Source of the DNA: Macrostomum lignano
Taxonomy: Eukaryota
Reading direction: 5' to 3'
NCBI GenBank assembly: GCA_002269645.1
Contig: NIVC01003851.1
Location: forward strand, 1 to 43,427
DNA: 43,427 nt
Shown here: positions 22,978 through 34,593 of the stretch, one piece after another
Layout of the letters: each line of letters begins with the position of its first letter
Numbering within the stretch: position 1 is the first letter of the stretch
Program-made: the position numbers and the translations under genes
The notes under the pieces: generated by a model
Seen by the model: the letters and a program-made list of their open reading frames with translations, nothing else
What the model was told of the DNA's origin: nothing
Databases searched by the model: none

Positions 22978-25900
22978 CTTCAGGAAAACTGAAGGACCTT
23001 TGTAGGAATTTTAGGCATTCATTTTAGAGAATTTTTTTTTTTTTTTGGTGTACACTGGCATACATTTAGCTGAGATAGGATTTTTGTTCTGGCATACATT
23101 ACTATACTATCTAGACCCTGGACAAAAGGAATTATTATAATGTAATAATTCTGTTTTAGCATCAATCTTCCTAGCTAGGCATTCCAATGAGGTTTGTGAA
23201 ATATGTCCCAAAACACGAAAAACGTGAAAATGTGTCCTACATAGAATGAAGAAAAAAGGTACTAAATTACAAAATAAAGACAAACTGAAATATACAACAG
23301 AAACTAGACAAATTATACTTTCCAAAATGTGTTGAACATTCTTATAGTATGACATAAGAAAAAAGTTATACGTGTCGAAAGTTACCACAAAAAGCGTCAC
23401 AAATACGAAATGAAGCCAATCGTAAAAATGAGGGTTCATACGGCCAATTGAAATATCACCTTAAAGCGTGCTAGGAATAACAAATTAAATGAAAGGAATG
23501 AATAAAGGATATAGTAAAGCACAAATTTTGCAATTAAAAAATGAAAAAAAAATTTCTAAGCCCCCTCTACTGTCAGTTGAAAATTTTCAACATGTTTTTC
23601 TTTGTGTCGTCATGAAAGGCTGCATTTTAAACAATGACTTGCTGCAAGGCAGCTGAGCCTCTGTTCCTTTATACATGTAAACTGCCATTAAGAAGACAAT
23701 AAAGTTGATGTCTCTCTTTACAGATGCAGAGACAAGGAAATTAAACATGTTTAATATGTAGATTTCCATGTTGAATGACATGGTATAAGTCCCATTGCAT
23801 GAAGTTTGCCGCAAGGTCAATATTTAAGTTAACCTGCCAAAAATGCGCGTCTACTTGTAGTAGATAAATGGTAAATTTGCAGATTTTTTTTCATTTTTTT
23901 TATTTTGCTTTTTTTGATCAATATGATGTCCTTAATGAAACTGAATGCAAAGAGGGCATGTATAGGAAATATAAAAATGCAAAAAAATGACACCAAACAT
24001 ATTAAAATTGAATAAGGGACAAAAAAGTTATAAATAAAAGTATATGAAAAATTGTACTTTTTGTGCAAAAAAGGTCACAGGCTGTAATGCAAAAATGCCA
24101 TAAGGAATTACAAAATTTTCTACAACTAAAAATGCTATAACTTTTTTATTCCTTGACAGAAATTAACAAGTGAGGCCATTTTGGATTTTAATTGCAGAGA
24201 TCTACTTAGCTGCCCAAAAATATCCAAGAATAAAAAATGTTTCAAAACCTTACTGGAACCCCTATCCTAGTTACTAGGCCTATCAATAGGAAAATGGAAA
24301 TGAGTGAAATGTATAGACCTAGGCTTATTATTATTTATTTAGACATTTATATCTGTGGCTACCTTGTGTGTGGCCATCTTGGTAATATGCCAAATTGGCT
24401 TATTAGGTTAGGCCTAGGCTTAAATAAATTTGCATGCCAATATTGAAAAAGAATTTGACCCAGTACAACATCTATACATGTTTATAATTTATACATTTGA
24501 TATTGATCCTGATTCCACTCCAATATTCCCAAAATCCCAGGACCCTTGCAAAAAATGGAATCCTGATCTAACTCAAACACAACTTTGTTTGTTGTTGTCC
24601 AACCTGTACAAATTATAATAGTAATAAATTATAATAATAATAAATAATAATAATAATAAATAACCTATTAATAATAGGTTAAATACTTGATTAAAAAGAC
24701 TTACTTTTAACTTGATCCATATATTGCCCTGTGATAAACTGAAAGAATAATCAGTCTAGACTTGTCATGCGTGCCATACCGACCGTGCAGTCCGATGATG
24801 CCAGCACACGTGAGCTCGATTTGATGATTTAAAAAAATAGCACGCTTTTAAATTTTGTCAACTTGTAAAACAAAGTTTTAAATAGATTTCATTGATACAC
24901 CGTCTAATTGTAGCTAATTGTTATAATCAGCATTATTTTAATGTATGCAGTAAAAATAAAATTATTTGTACTAAACTATAAAATTTCGTGAACTGATTTG
25001 TTCCTACGTACCACGATGTACATGTATTATTTTGAGATCAATATATTGGGATTACCAGAGAAGGGAATACGGCAAAGTCGCTCCATTGATTTGGCTACTC
25101 GCCTTGATCGACGTTTCAGTTCTGCTTAGCCCTCCTCAGCCAATCAATATTATTATTTATGGTCAAGGCTAAAGCGTGGACGCACGATGCGGTATTCAGG
25201 CCTCCGCGGAAACTGGATGTTTTGGCTCTTGTTCTGCAATTGCTACTTCCAGAAGTAATTGGCACTTCCTTCTTCAAACTTTTTTTCTAGTGTACATTTT
25301 CCATATTCTTTTCTCCCCTCTCTACTACCGCGCCGGTATCTTCCCTTCTTATCATTTTGTCTCTACAATTAATTTTCCTCTGCCTCTCAATATGCTTCTT
25401 TCTTATATTTTCCAGTGGGAATCTCAACAGCACTGCATATATACATTCGCACCAGCATTACTTTTTTGGGTCATAGTCCTCTCTCATATATCATTATTAT
25501 AAGTTATCAACGCTTTAGCGGCAATCTGGCATGGTACTTGCGAGTTTAGCGAGAACTAATATATATTTGATGGAAAATGTATGTGTTTTTTATACATACC
25601 TTAATGAGAAATGAGAGAGAAGGGTGCTCAAATGCGCGAGCTCAAATGAGCATTCAGCTACAGCAGTTTGGGTCCAAATTTCCGCGCGAAATTATAAACT
25701 GGTGGTGTGAAATCTAGATCTGCTGCTCAATTGGAGCCCTAAAACCCTAAAACCCTAAAAAGCATACAAATCTGAATACGGCTACTATTGTGAAAACGCC
25801 GAGAACTAATTCCAATGCAGTCACCGATCTGTCACCGACTAATGCAGCTTCTAACATGTATGGCAGGCTCACTCACCATGCAGTTATGTACATGTCAGCC

Positions 25901-26709
25901 AATTGTCTGGTGGATGCAGCGTGGAAGGCGGAATGGGACCGCCAGTCCCGCTAGACCTTCGCGACCAGACTTTCATGTACCGAAGTGATGTCGCTCAAGG
26001 GGAGAGGGCCCGTCAGTCTCGCCTGCCTCATCGGGCGCGGTAGGGAAGAAGTCAGCTCATTCCGTGTCCTCTAGGTACTACCAGGAGCGCGGTACATGTT
26101 CTTGGGTCGTGGGTCGGAGAGAAACCGCGGGTTTGGTCCCTGCAGCTAGCTACATGTGTATGCCAAGCAATTCAAGCACCACTGCCTCTCGCATATCCCG
26201 CGTCGCCTCTGTGGCAGAGCATATAAATAAGTAATGAACTGCCTGCGTAAGCGCTCAGCAGATGCATGTGCACGTAGATATACACAGCGAGATACTGTAA
26301 TAATTAGCAGAAGGGTTTTGCGTTTTAGTGTTGGATCATATAAGCGTTAATTGGGAAACCTGCTTTATTCACCAAAAATATACATTTAGCTTGTTAAAGC
26401 AGGGGAGCTTTAAATGCGCGTGACAGTCAGTTAATTATATTTCGCCTCTTGCAGTCTTATACTGGCTGCAGCTGCCACTGGAAGCGGCCGCGGAATCGGT
26501 CACAGGCTGACGGCAGCTGAGGCTGGGGGGAGGGGCTCTCATCTCCCAGCTCCCACCCCATCATCATGGATTGACTGCAGTCTGAGCTTCTAACAGCATA
26601 AATACCATTAAGCAGGAGGTCTATACCTGCTTCCCATCAGGTCTCCCATCTCCCCGCAAACCATCAAATTAGCATCCACAGCTAAAAGCTTAGAATCTTG
26701 TCGCAGACT

Positions 26710-28450
26710 ATGAAATTCTCGGTCATTTTTGCGATTGTGCTTATTCGAGCGAGCGGTGAGTAGCTCTACACTCTACTCAACATGCCTCGTCACTCATGTC
26801 ATGCATTGCACGTTTAATCCTAAGTGCGTACATGCATACATCAATGTGAACTGCTGTTACAGCACTCTTACATGTTCTTTTGAATTGCAGTGACCAACGC
26901 AGCAGATGGCAAACGCTTCAATCGATTCGTCACCAGCGGCTCCGTTGAGCTGAGTGACTCTGTGAGCAGCTGGTTGTTCATCGAGACCGAAGTCGCTCGG
27001 GAAAGCCATTGCCTGCTGCTGTGCCAGCTCCGAGGCTGCGCTGTCGCCGAGCTGAACCAGACGGCCAGAGTCTGTCGGGCAGTCAGCCTCAGCAATGAGT
27101 CATCGGGGCAGCCCGCCGGCCTAAACGGAAGTCACGTGACGAGACAGCTCGGCTCGCCCGACGACAGCGCTGTGAATTTTTGGAAAGCGGAAGAATTTGA
27201 ACAATACCTGATGAGTTTGACGTCGGCTGGAGACTTGCTTAGAAGTGAGTCATGAGATGTGAAATTTCAAAAAAAGTTTGTAAAAATCGTTACACACAAA
27301 GCTTCATCAGTTACAATGGACACTGCATGACCCCTGCAGACAGCAGCTCCGGCCGAAACGGGTCGATCGAAACCTTCACGGCTCCCGCTAGCGGCTGCTT
27401 CCTGATCGAGGCTGCCGGAGCCAGAGGGGGCAACAACACTCTAATGAACACCACCGGAGGCCCGGGAGCCCAGGTGAGCGCCAGAGTCAACCTGACGGCC
27501 GGAACCCAGCTGAGCATCGTGGTGGGCCAGACGGGCGGCTCGACCTCCCTGGACTACGAAGGAGGCGGCGGAGGCGGCGGCAGCTTCGTGTACCGGACGG
27601 GCGACCGGCTGCTGCTGCTGGCTGCTGGTGGGGCGGCGGAGCTTCCAGGAGTAAAAATGGAGAGATGACACGCTTGCAGCTAACGATAACAGCAAGTGCA
27701 ATGGTACCTGCATTCGGTGGCGTCAATACGGCAATAGTTAGTACGCCACAACTGTAAATTCTTAGCAGATAGCCAGTATGTTTACTAAACACACTGAGTA
27801 GTAGGTATTGATTTCCGTTTGATGCCGTTTAGAGCCAATAATGGAAACCATCTTTTTTTAACAAAAAGCATCCGGTAAGCAACAAAAAGAGGCAACCGCA
27901 TACTCTTGAGACATCTAAGCTTGCTTAAATTATTTTGGAACTCTGCGCAGGACGGCCGGGAGAGGTCGGCGTCAACGCTTCCGACAGCATGGGATCTGGC
28001 TATTCCAATACGGGATTCGGTGGCAGCAACGGACAGCCGGGCTCCAACGATCCAAGCAGCACTTCCAGCTACACCAACCACGGCGGCTGCGGCGCCGGCT
28101 GGCTTGGCAGGGCCGTCAACCCGAGGCGCAGCTCCAATGATGGCGAGCGAGGCAGCGGTCTGGCCGAAGGCTTCGTCGGCGGCAGCGCCGGTGGTGGCAG
28201 CGCCTGCGACGGCGGCTTCGGCGGAGGCGGCGGAGGCGGCTGCAAGTGCGGCGGCAAATACGGAGCTCCGGGAGCTGGCGGCGGCTTCAGCGGCGGCGGA
28301 GCCGGGATCGGCTACGGGCACAGAGGCGGCGGCGGCGGCTCCTTCTGCCTGGGCGGCTGCGTCTCCGGAACCGTCTCGACTGTCGATCAGGGCTTCGCGT
28401 CTATCCAGTTGGAGTCCGTGTCCGTGTTGGAGTTATTCATTTATTTGTAG
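26710..28450 (+). CDS. Secreted PAN/apple-like plus ALK/LTK-type glycine-rich-domain protein, frameshifted as assembled
   Basis: Exons 26710-26755 (signal-like MKFSVIFAIVLIRAS), 26891-27244 (CLLLC...C...C PAN-like), 27340-~27659 and 27951-28450. Domain motifs FTAPASGCFLIEAAGARGG, LSIVVGQTGG, GGGGGGGSFVY, LLLLAAGG, GGGGGSF. Introns are phase 1. Confidence 0.75.
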
Positions 28451-28841
28451 ATTGTGCCTCGACTAAATTAAAACATTTTTTATTATTCATTCGGTTGAAG
28501 GGAACGTTCTCGCCAATTCTAGAAAAATATAGTGCAACGAAATTTTTGACAGTTCTAGAACCTTCCATTGCTGGATTATAAAGAAGGATAGGTGGGCATC
28601 ATGTCATAGTCATTGCCTTCTATTTTTTCAGAATAGCGCCTGAAAAATGGAAATTTCAAAACTCTATAGTCGTGAATGTTTGCTCTACGACTTTAAATCT
28701 GGACTTAATGCCCGGGACTGGTTCACTCGTTTCCGCAATGGAAACTTTGAACTCGAAGACCAGCCCCGATCAGGTCGACCATCGGGGGTGGATGACGAGC
28801 AGCTGCGCCAGCTCGTAGAAGCCGATCCCCGCGGAACCCAG

Positions 28842-30848
28842 TGATGAGGACGCACTTTTTTTCAAATTTCACGCTCGCACATGGGTTCCAAACTTGCTAG
28901 CCTACTAACAGCAGGCTATGGGCGTTTTTCTACTTTTTTTGTAATTTTTCTAGAATTCATGCTAGTAGGACTTCTGTAGCTATTAATCTGCCATACTTGT
29001 AGTTATAATAACATAGGCGCGGTTTTTTGCTGCTTTTGGGTCATAAATCATTGCGTCTGAGCTGGCCTGACAGCCACCTGCGCCTCACTCAATGCGGAGG
29101 CTGGCGCCAGGTGGTCTGAGAGGATGCGGGCGGTAGCTTTTTTCTCATCATTTTGACAGGCCATCAAAATTTATGAGGTCAGGGCCTATTGTTCGTGTTC
29201 ACTCAAGCGTGTGACAGCTTTGACAGCTATGCGTTTTACCCCTAAAAGTACTTTGGGATTAGTGATTAGCGATTTCTCTTCACCATCTTCACTTTCTACT
29301 TAATAAGAGCTTTCTAATGTATATTTTTTCATTAGTTTTTGTCAATTCTACGCGAAAAGTCATAAATCATTTTTTTGCGATTTTGATTGATTCATGGCCG
29401 CACCTTTCATATTTTTACGACCCCGAGGGAAGTGATAGGATCTCCTGGTCACGTGACTTTGGGTGGCAACAAGCGCAGCCAATCAGAAAATTCGACGCTC
29501 ATTTTAACAAATCGGCTTAGCCAATCAGAATCGACGTGTTCCATTATAACAAACTGCGGTCCAGTTGGCGGCTATTTAAACCGGTGTTTTTGGGCCGCTC
29601 GCAAAACACCCTTTCTGGTGACCGGCCAGGAACTTGCTCTCTCTCTGGCCTGACCGTCGTTTCTTGATCCCCGGATTGCAACTCCCCCCATCATCATCAA
29701 GGACGAATTCCCCCGGTCATCAGTAGTGAACATCAAAGTCAAGAGCATCACCTCCTAGCTATCTACGAAGGTTGTGACATCAGCATCATCCCGGGTCTAC
29801 AGCTGCAAAGCACTAAGCCGATTCGGTCACTGTGGATTACCTGGTCTCCGGCTGTTGAGTTTCTGATTGGTTGGGTGAGAGGCTACCTAGACTTGCTTGA
29901 TTGGGTGATTCCCTATCTGTCCCCTGTTTCAGTAGCTGGATTAGGCGCACACTTTTGCTTATTTTGTTCAGTAGTGCTGTTACTGAGGCAGAAATCATTC
30001 AATAATACTGTTAGTAGTCTGAAGCTCCAATTTAATCTGAGTTGTGAAGTGATTTAAGAAGGTTAAATCTAACAGTCATTTGTATCGGTTTTATTTCTTT
30101 GTCCGCCGATGGCTCAGATGAGTAGCTAAGCTAGTAGGCGCCGGTCGCAGTGGACCAATGGCAAGGCAGTTCTCAGTCGATCAACCTATCAAACCAGTGA
30201 GCAAAACAGCCAGTAGTGCAGAATCGGCGCCAGAGATGTACTCTGTGCACTCTAGGTTCGCCAAGCGGCTCGGGTAATGAATCATGAGGTCTCCGATGTT
30301 CGAGTTAGCCTATCATCAGCGCTAGAAGAGGCTAGTTGGCGCGTTGAAGGCCAAAAGTACAATTCCTCCTATTTAGCAATGTAATAGTACATGTAGCTAC
30401 CCCATAGCCTCGCCACTGCAAGAATCCCCTGCACAAGTCCCCTCTGTACCTGCATGGCCAATGCGATCGAGTCCCAGCAGTGTCCCTTATCATCGGCTAT
30501 GACTTCGAGATTGACAGCAAAAAGACACTAGTTGGCACGTAAGTGCTAAGCCCCCTCTAGTCGGAAGCCCGATTTCGAAAGTTCCGGTTGGGTGGGCCAG
30601 AACGCACGGGCTGGTGGCAGCGGGTTAGTTAATCTGCGGATTGGCTGATCTCTACCTTCAAAATTCTCCCTGCTTGTCTCTCGCTGTCCCTCTCTTAGCT
30701 ATAGGACCTAGACTGCTCGCCACACGATCAAGCTACCATGGGGCTGACCATCTGACAGGAGTGGGGGCCAGGACTCTAATTGATTTATTTCTGAGGCCTG
30801 AGGCCCGAAGGCTTCCCCACAAGGGGGCCGAAAGGTCGAAACCCATCA
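28842..30848. mobile_element. 2,007-bp nested insertion with TG...CA ends and a 4-bp near-TSD
   Basis: Begins TGATG and ends CATCA, flanked by CCAG and CTAG. Removing it restores the transposase frame DPRGTQHEMADVLG. Confidence 0.7.
29440..29580 (+). promoter_or_regulatory. Promoter-like motif cluster inside the nested insertion
   Basis: CACGTG at about 29449, two GCCAATCAG boxes near 29480 and 29520, TATTTAAA near 29574. Confidence 0.35.
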
Positions 30849-31711
30849 CTAGCATGAAATGGCAGATGTCCTCGGGGTACACCAGACCATCATCACCGAT
30901 CACCTGCGCCAGCTGGGTAAGGTGTACAAGTTGGCATAATGGGTACCCCACGACCTTACCGAGTTCGACCGTCGGCGTTGCGCTGATGCTGCCATCCATA
31001 GTGACGGGTGACGAAAAGTGTTGTTTATACACCAACGTGAAACGCCGTGCTTTGTGGGTGGACGAAAATGAAGTGCCAAAACCACAGCCGAAAGCACCAC
31101 TGCACCCTTGATGATTTGGCAGCAAAGATCAAAGAAAAGCGCCCGAATCATGGTCCGGTCCGTTTTCTTCACGACAATGCGCGGCCGCACACGGCAAAGG
31201 CTGCTTGATCTGGGCTGGGAGGTTTTACCCCACCCACCTTATTCACCGGACCTTGCACCATCTGATTACCACTTGTTCCTATCCCTGTCCAGCGCCATGG
31301 CCGAGAAATCGTTTGATGAAGAGCATGAACTCAACGTCTGGCTGGACAACTTCTTCGCCTCAAAACCAGCTAAGTTCTATAAGGACGGCATCATGAGTCT
31401 GCCCAAACGACGGCAGAAAGGCCTCGAATATGATGGCGATTACTTCACTTTGTGAAGTTGCTTCAGTTCTATAAAAACTCAGTACGATTTAAGTTCTTAA
31501 AATCGGCAAGAAATTTACCCTTCAAACGAATAGCAAGGCACAATTTATGAACTATTTCGGCTAATCGCCGCAAGTCGTTAAGTAAAATCCTATTCGTAAA
31601 AAACTGACTTTAGTATTACTGATCGCACCAATGGGTATTGCTCTATGAAAGTATGAAATTGCTGCTAAACTGCTGGAGGCATTGCTAAATGCTGTGCTGT
31701 GCGAAGTTGCT

Positions 31712-31922
31712 GCTTCGTCGGCTTCGTCGAAGGCTTCGGCGGAGCGGCGGAGGCGGCTGCAAATTCGGCAGCAAAAATGGAGCTCCAGGCGTAGGGGTCG
31801 GCTACGGGCACATCGGCGGCGGCGGCGGCGGCGGCTCCTTCTGCTTGGGCGGCTGCGTCTCAAGAACCGTCTCGACTGTCGACCAGGGCTTCGCGTCCAT
31901 CCGGCTGGAGTCGGTGTCTTGA
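31712..31922 (+). pseudogene. Partial, deleted copy of the glycine-rich gene 3' end
   Basis: GGGGCKFG...GYGHIGGGGGGGSFCLGGCVSRTVSTVDQGFASIRLESVS matches about 28165-28420. Confidence 0.9.
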
Positions 31923-31925
31923 TTT

Positions 31926-34593
31926 CTGACTCTGCGTAGGTGCATTGAAACACTTCAGCACAATCAGCAGAATCCGAAATCAGCCAGGCTGGTGCCGTTC
32001 CGCGAGTCCAAACTCACCCAGTTGATACAGCCGTACTTCAGCGGCAGCGGCAGGGCCACTATGATTGTGAACCTCACTTGTGAGACCTTGTGAGACCTCA
32101 CTAGTCTCACTATGAGTGAGACCTGAAGGATATCTAAGAGTGAGGCCTGAAGGATATCTAAGAGTGAGACCTGAAGGATACCTGAAGGTGAAGCCTGAAT
32201 GATATCCAAGGGTGAGGCCTGAAGGATATCTAAGGGTGAGGCCTGAAGGATATCTAAGGGTGAGGCCTGAAGGATATCTAAGGGTGAGGCCTGAAGGGTA
32301 TCGAAGGATGATGTGATGTCTAAGATCTAAGAGTGAGGCCTGAAGGATATCTAAGGGTAAGGCTACATAGAAGAACTATTGATTTCTCGTCTAGATAGCT
32401 GGATTAATGTAGAGGCTTCAATAAATAGATCTAGTGACTTCAATATCTAAATTAAACGATAATCCAATCCTAAAACTACTGCAGGAGATGCTGAAGCTCA
32501 TTGGAGACCTGCGCCAAACTGTGCAGCAGCAAGAGGAGGAGATGGAGGAGCGGGAGATGCGCATTAGACGCGAGCTCATTGCCGAACGGGACCGGCTGAT
32601 GAGCGAGGTGGAGGAGCGATTTGAGCAGCAGCTTCAGGAGCAGAAGGAGCTGCAAGAGGTACGTTGTGATATAACTGAGCAATGCTATTCCAAGATTCTT
32701 CAATTATTTTGTAGTTTCAAAATCTGCCATTTTGTAGTTTCAGAATCTGCCATTTTGTAGTTTCAGAATCTGCCATTTTGTAGATTCAGAATCTGCCATT
32801 TTGTAGTTTCAGAATCTGCCATTTTGTAGATTCAGAATCTGTCATTTTGTAGTTTCGAAATCTGCCATTTTGTAGATTCAGAATCTGCCATTTTGTAGTT
32901 TCAGAATCTGCCATTTTTTAGATTCAGAATCTGCCATTTTGTAGATTCAGAATCTAATCTAGTCAAAATCTGCCAGTTTATCTCCTAGAATCTACCATTT
33001 TGTAGTTTCAGAATCTGCCATTTTTTAGATTCAGAATCTGCCATTGTAGATTCAGGTCAAAATCTGCCAGTTCCAGAATCTACCAATCCTGAGGAGCACG
33101 ACACGCCTGCGCGAGTACCTGGACACTTCCCAGCGGATCAGCGACAACCTGAAGAAGCGCATGGTTGAGGCTCACAAACGCAAGCTGGCCGAACTGCAAG
33201 CAAAAATCGATAGATTAGAAGAGCAACTTGGCGAGGCCAGGTCGGAGGCTGAGCAGCAAGATGAGCAGTTGGAAAATTTGAATAATAAAGTTGAGAAACT
33301 GGAGATGGAGCTGGCCGCTGCTCAGAGCGTCTCCACTAAAGAGGCCATCGAAGCCGAAGTAAACATTCGAGTCAGGAGAATCGGCGATATGCACAGGCGG
33401 CTAGCGGAGTCTGCAGATATCAGCACCCTGGCCAGGTCGCACCCGCCTCCGCCCACCAATCAGCACCGGTCTGCAATGCGGGCCACTCTGCTTAAGAACG
33501 ACTCGTTTCTGGTTCACGAGCTGGAGGCTGAACTGGTTGAAGAGCAGGAGAGCCGAGAGCGACAGGTAGGCGCCATGACTGCCACGCTGGCCTGCTCACA
33601 GGAGATGCTGGATGGACTCAGGATGGAGCGAGAATTGCTGGCTGAGGAGTTGAAGACTGCACGGCTGACTGTTGAGGAGCAGGTGAGAGGAACTGGCTTG
33701 AGAATAGAGTTGTACAGGGGATTTAGTACGAGATTAGATAGTGGATATATGAATGCAGAGAACGGATAGGGAGATAGGAGAGGAAAGAAGATATGGAAGA
33801 TATAGAAGGGGGATGCGAGAGCGATTTGGGGGCGAAGGGAGATATGAGAAGGGAGATAGGAGAGGGGAGAAGGGAGATAGAAGAGGGGAGAAGGGAGATA
33901 GGAGAGGGGAGAGGGGAGATAAGAGAGGGGCGAAGGGAGACAGGAGAAGGGAGATAGAAGAGGGGAGAAGGGAGATAGGAGAGGGGAGAGAGGAGATAAG
34001 AGAGGGGCGAAGGGAGATAGGAGAAGGGAGATAGAAGAGGGGAGAAGGGAGATAGGAGAAGGGAGATAGAAGAGGGGAGAAGGGAGATAGGAGAGGGGAG
34101 AGGGGAGATAAGAGAGGGGAGAAGGGAGATAGGAGTGGGGAGAAGGGAGATAGGAGAGGGGAGAAGGGAGATAGGAGAGGGGAGAAGGGAGATAGGAGAG
34201 GGGAGAAGGGAGATAAGAGAGGGGAGAAGGGAGATAGGAGAGGGGAGAAGGGAGATAAGAGAGGGGAGAAGAGAAGTGAGATAGGAGGCTTAATCTATTA
34301 AGTCTAATAAATTCGGTGTAACAGCCAAAACCTGAATCAACCTCTCTCAATTTGCACCCAGGCGGAAACTATTAGAGAGTTAATGAGTCGCATCGAAGGT
34401 TTCGAAGCCCTCAGACATGCCTAACAAGGATGAGATGCTAAATATTCGTCCTAAATCTGCTGAGGCCATAGACAATGAAGGCAATACTACTGAGAACATT
34501 GAATCTAATCAAAGCTGCCGCCAAATGGCTAACGAAGAAGACGAGTCTTCGATAGAGGCGGCTGAGGCTTATTACACTGCTGAAATTAATTGA
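31926..34593 (+). pseudogene. KIF20: Inverted partial duplicate of the kinesin-6 gene (part of exon 5, exons 6-8)
   Basis: 31926-32071 matches the motor end and 32485-32658 is the intact 174-nt exon. 33094-33682 is the 594-nt exon with its acceptor lost and small deletions. 34362-34593 is a diverged exon with TAA at 34422. The same intronic satellites are present. Confidence 0.92.
33765..34290. repeat. 21-bp GA-rich minisatellite AAGGGAGATAGGAGAGGGGAG
   Basis: About 24 units; explains the SPLSYLP-periodic ORF. Confidence 0.9.

Larger units (their letters stand above)
28489..31532 (+). mobile_element. Second mariner (decayed, internally deleted), split by a nested insertion
   Basis: TIRs TTCG(G/T)TTGAAGGG at about 28490-28520 and 31500-31530, TA on the right. 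N-terminal transposase at 28647-28841 (WFTRFRNGNFELEDQPRSGRP). Remainder at 30853-31455 (WVPHDL, IVTGDEK, HDNARPH, YSPDLAPSDYHLF). Confidence 0.9.

Noticed and set aside
23100-25500. AT-rich short ORFs
   Set aside because: No recognisable motifs or splice context; consistent with random ORFs.
27785-28581. Ala-rich overlapping ORFs
   Set aside because: Alternate-frame and antisense shadows of GGC-rich glycine codons.
29318-30074. Separate solo LTR inside the 2,007-bp insertion
   Set aside because: TG and CA candidates exist, but no matching TSD was found.
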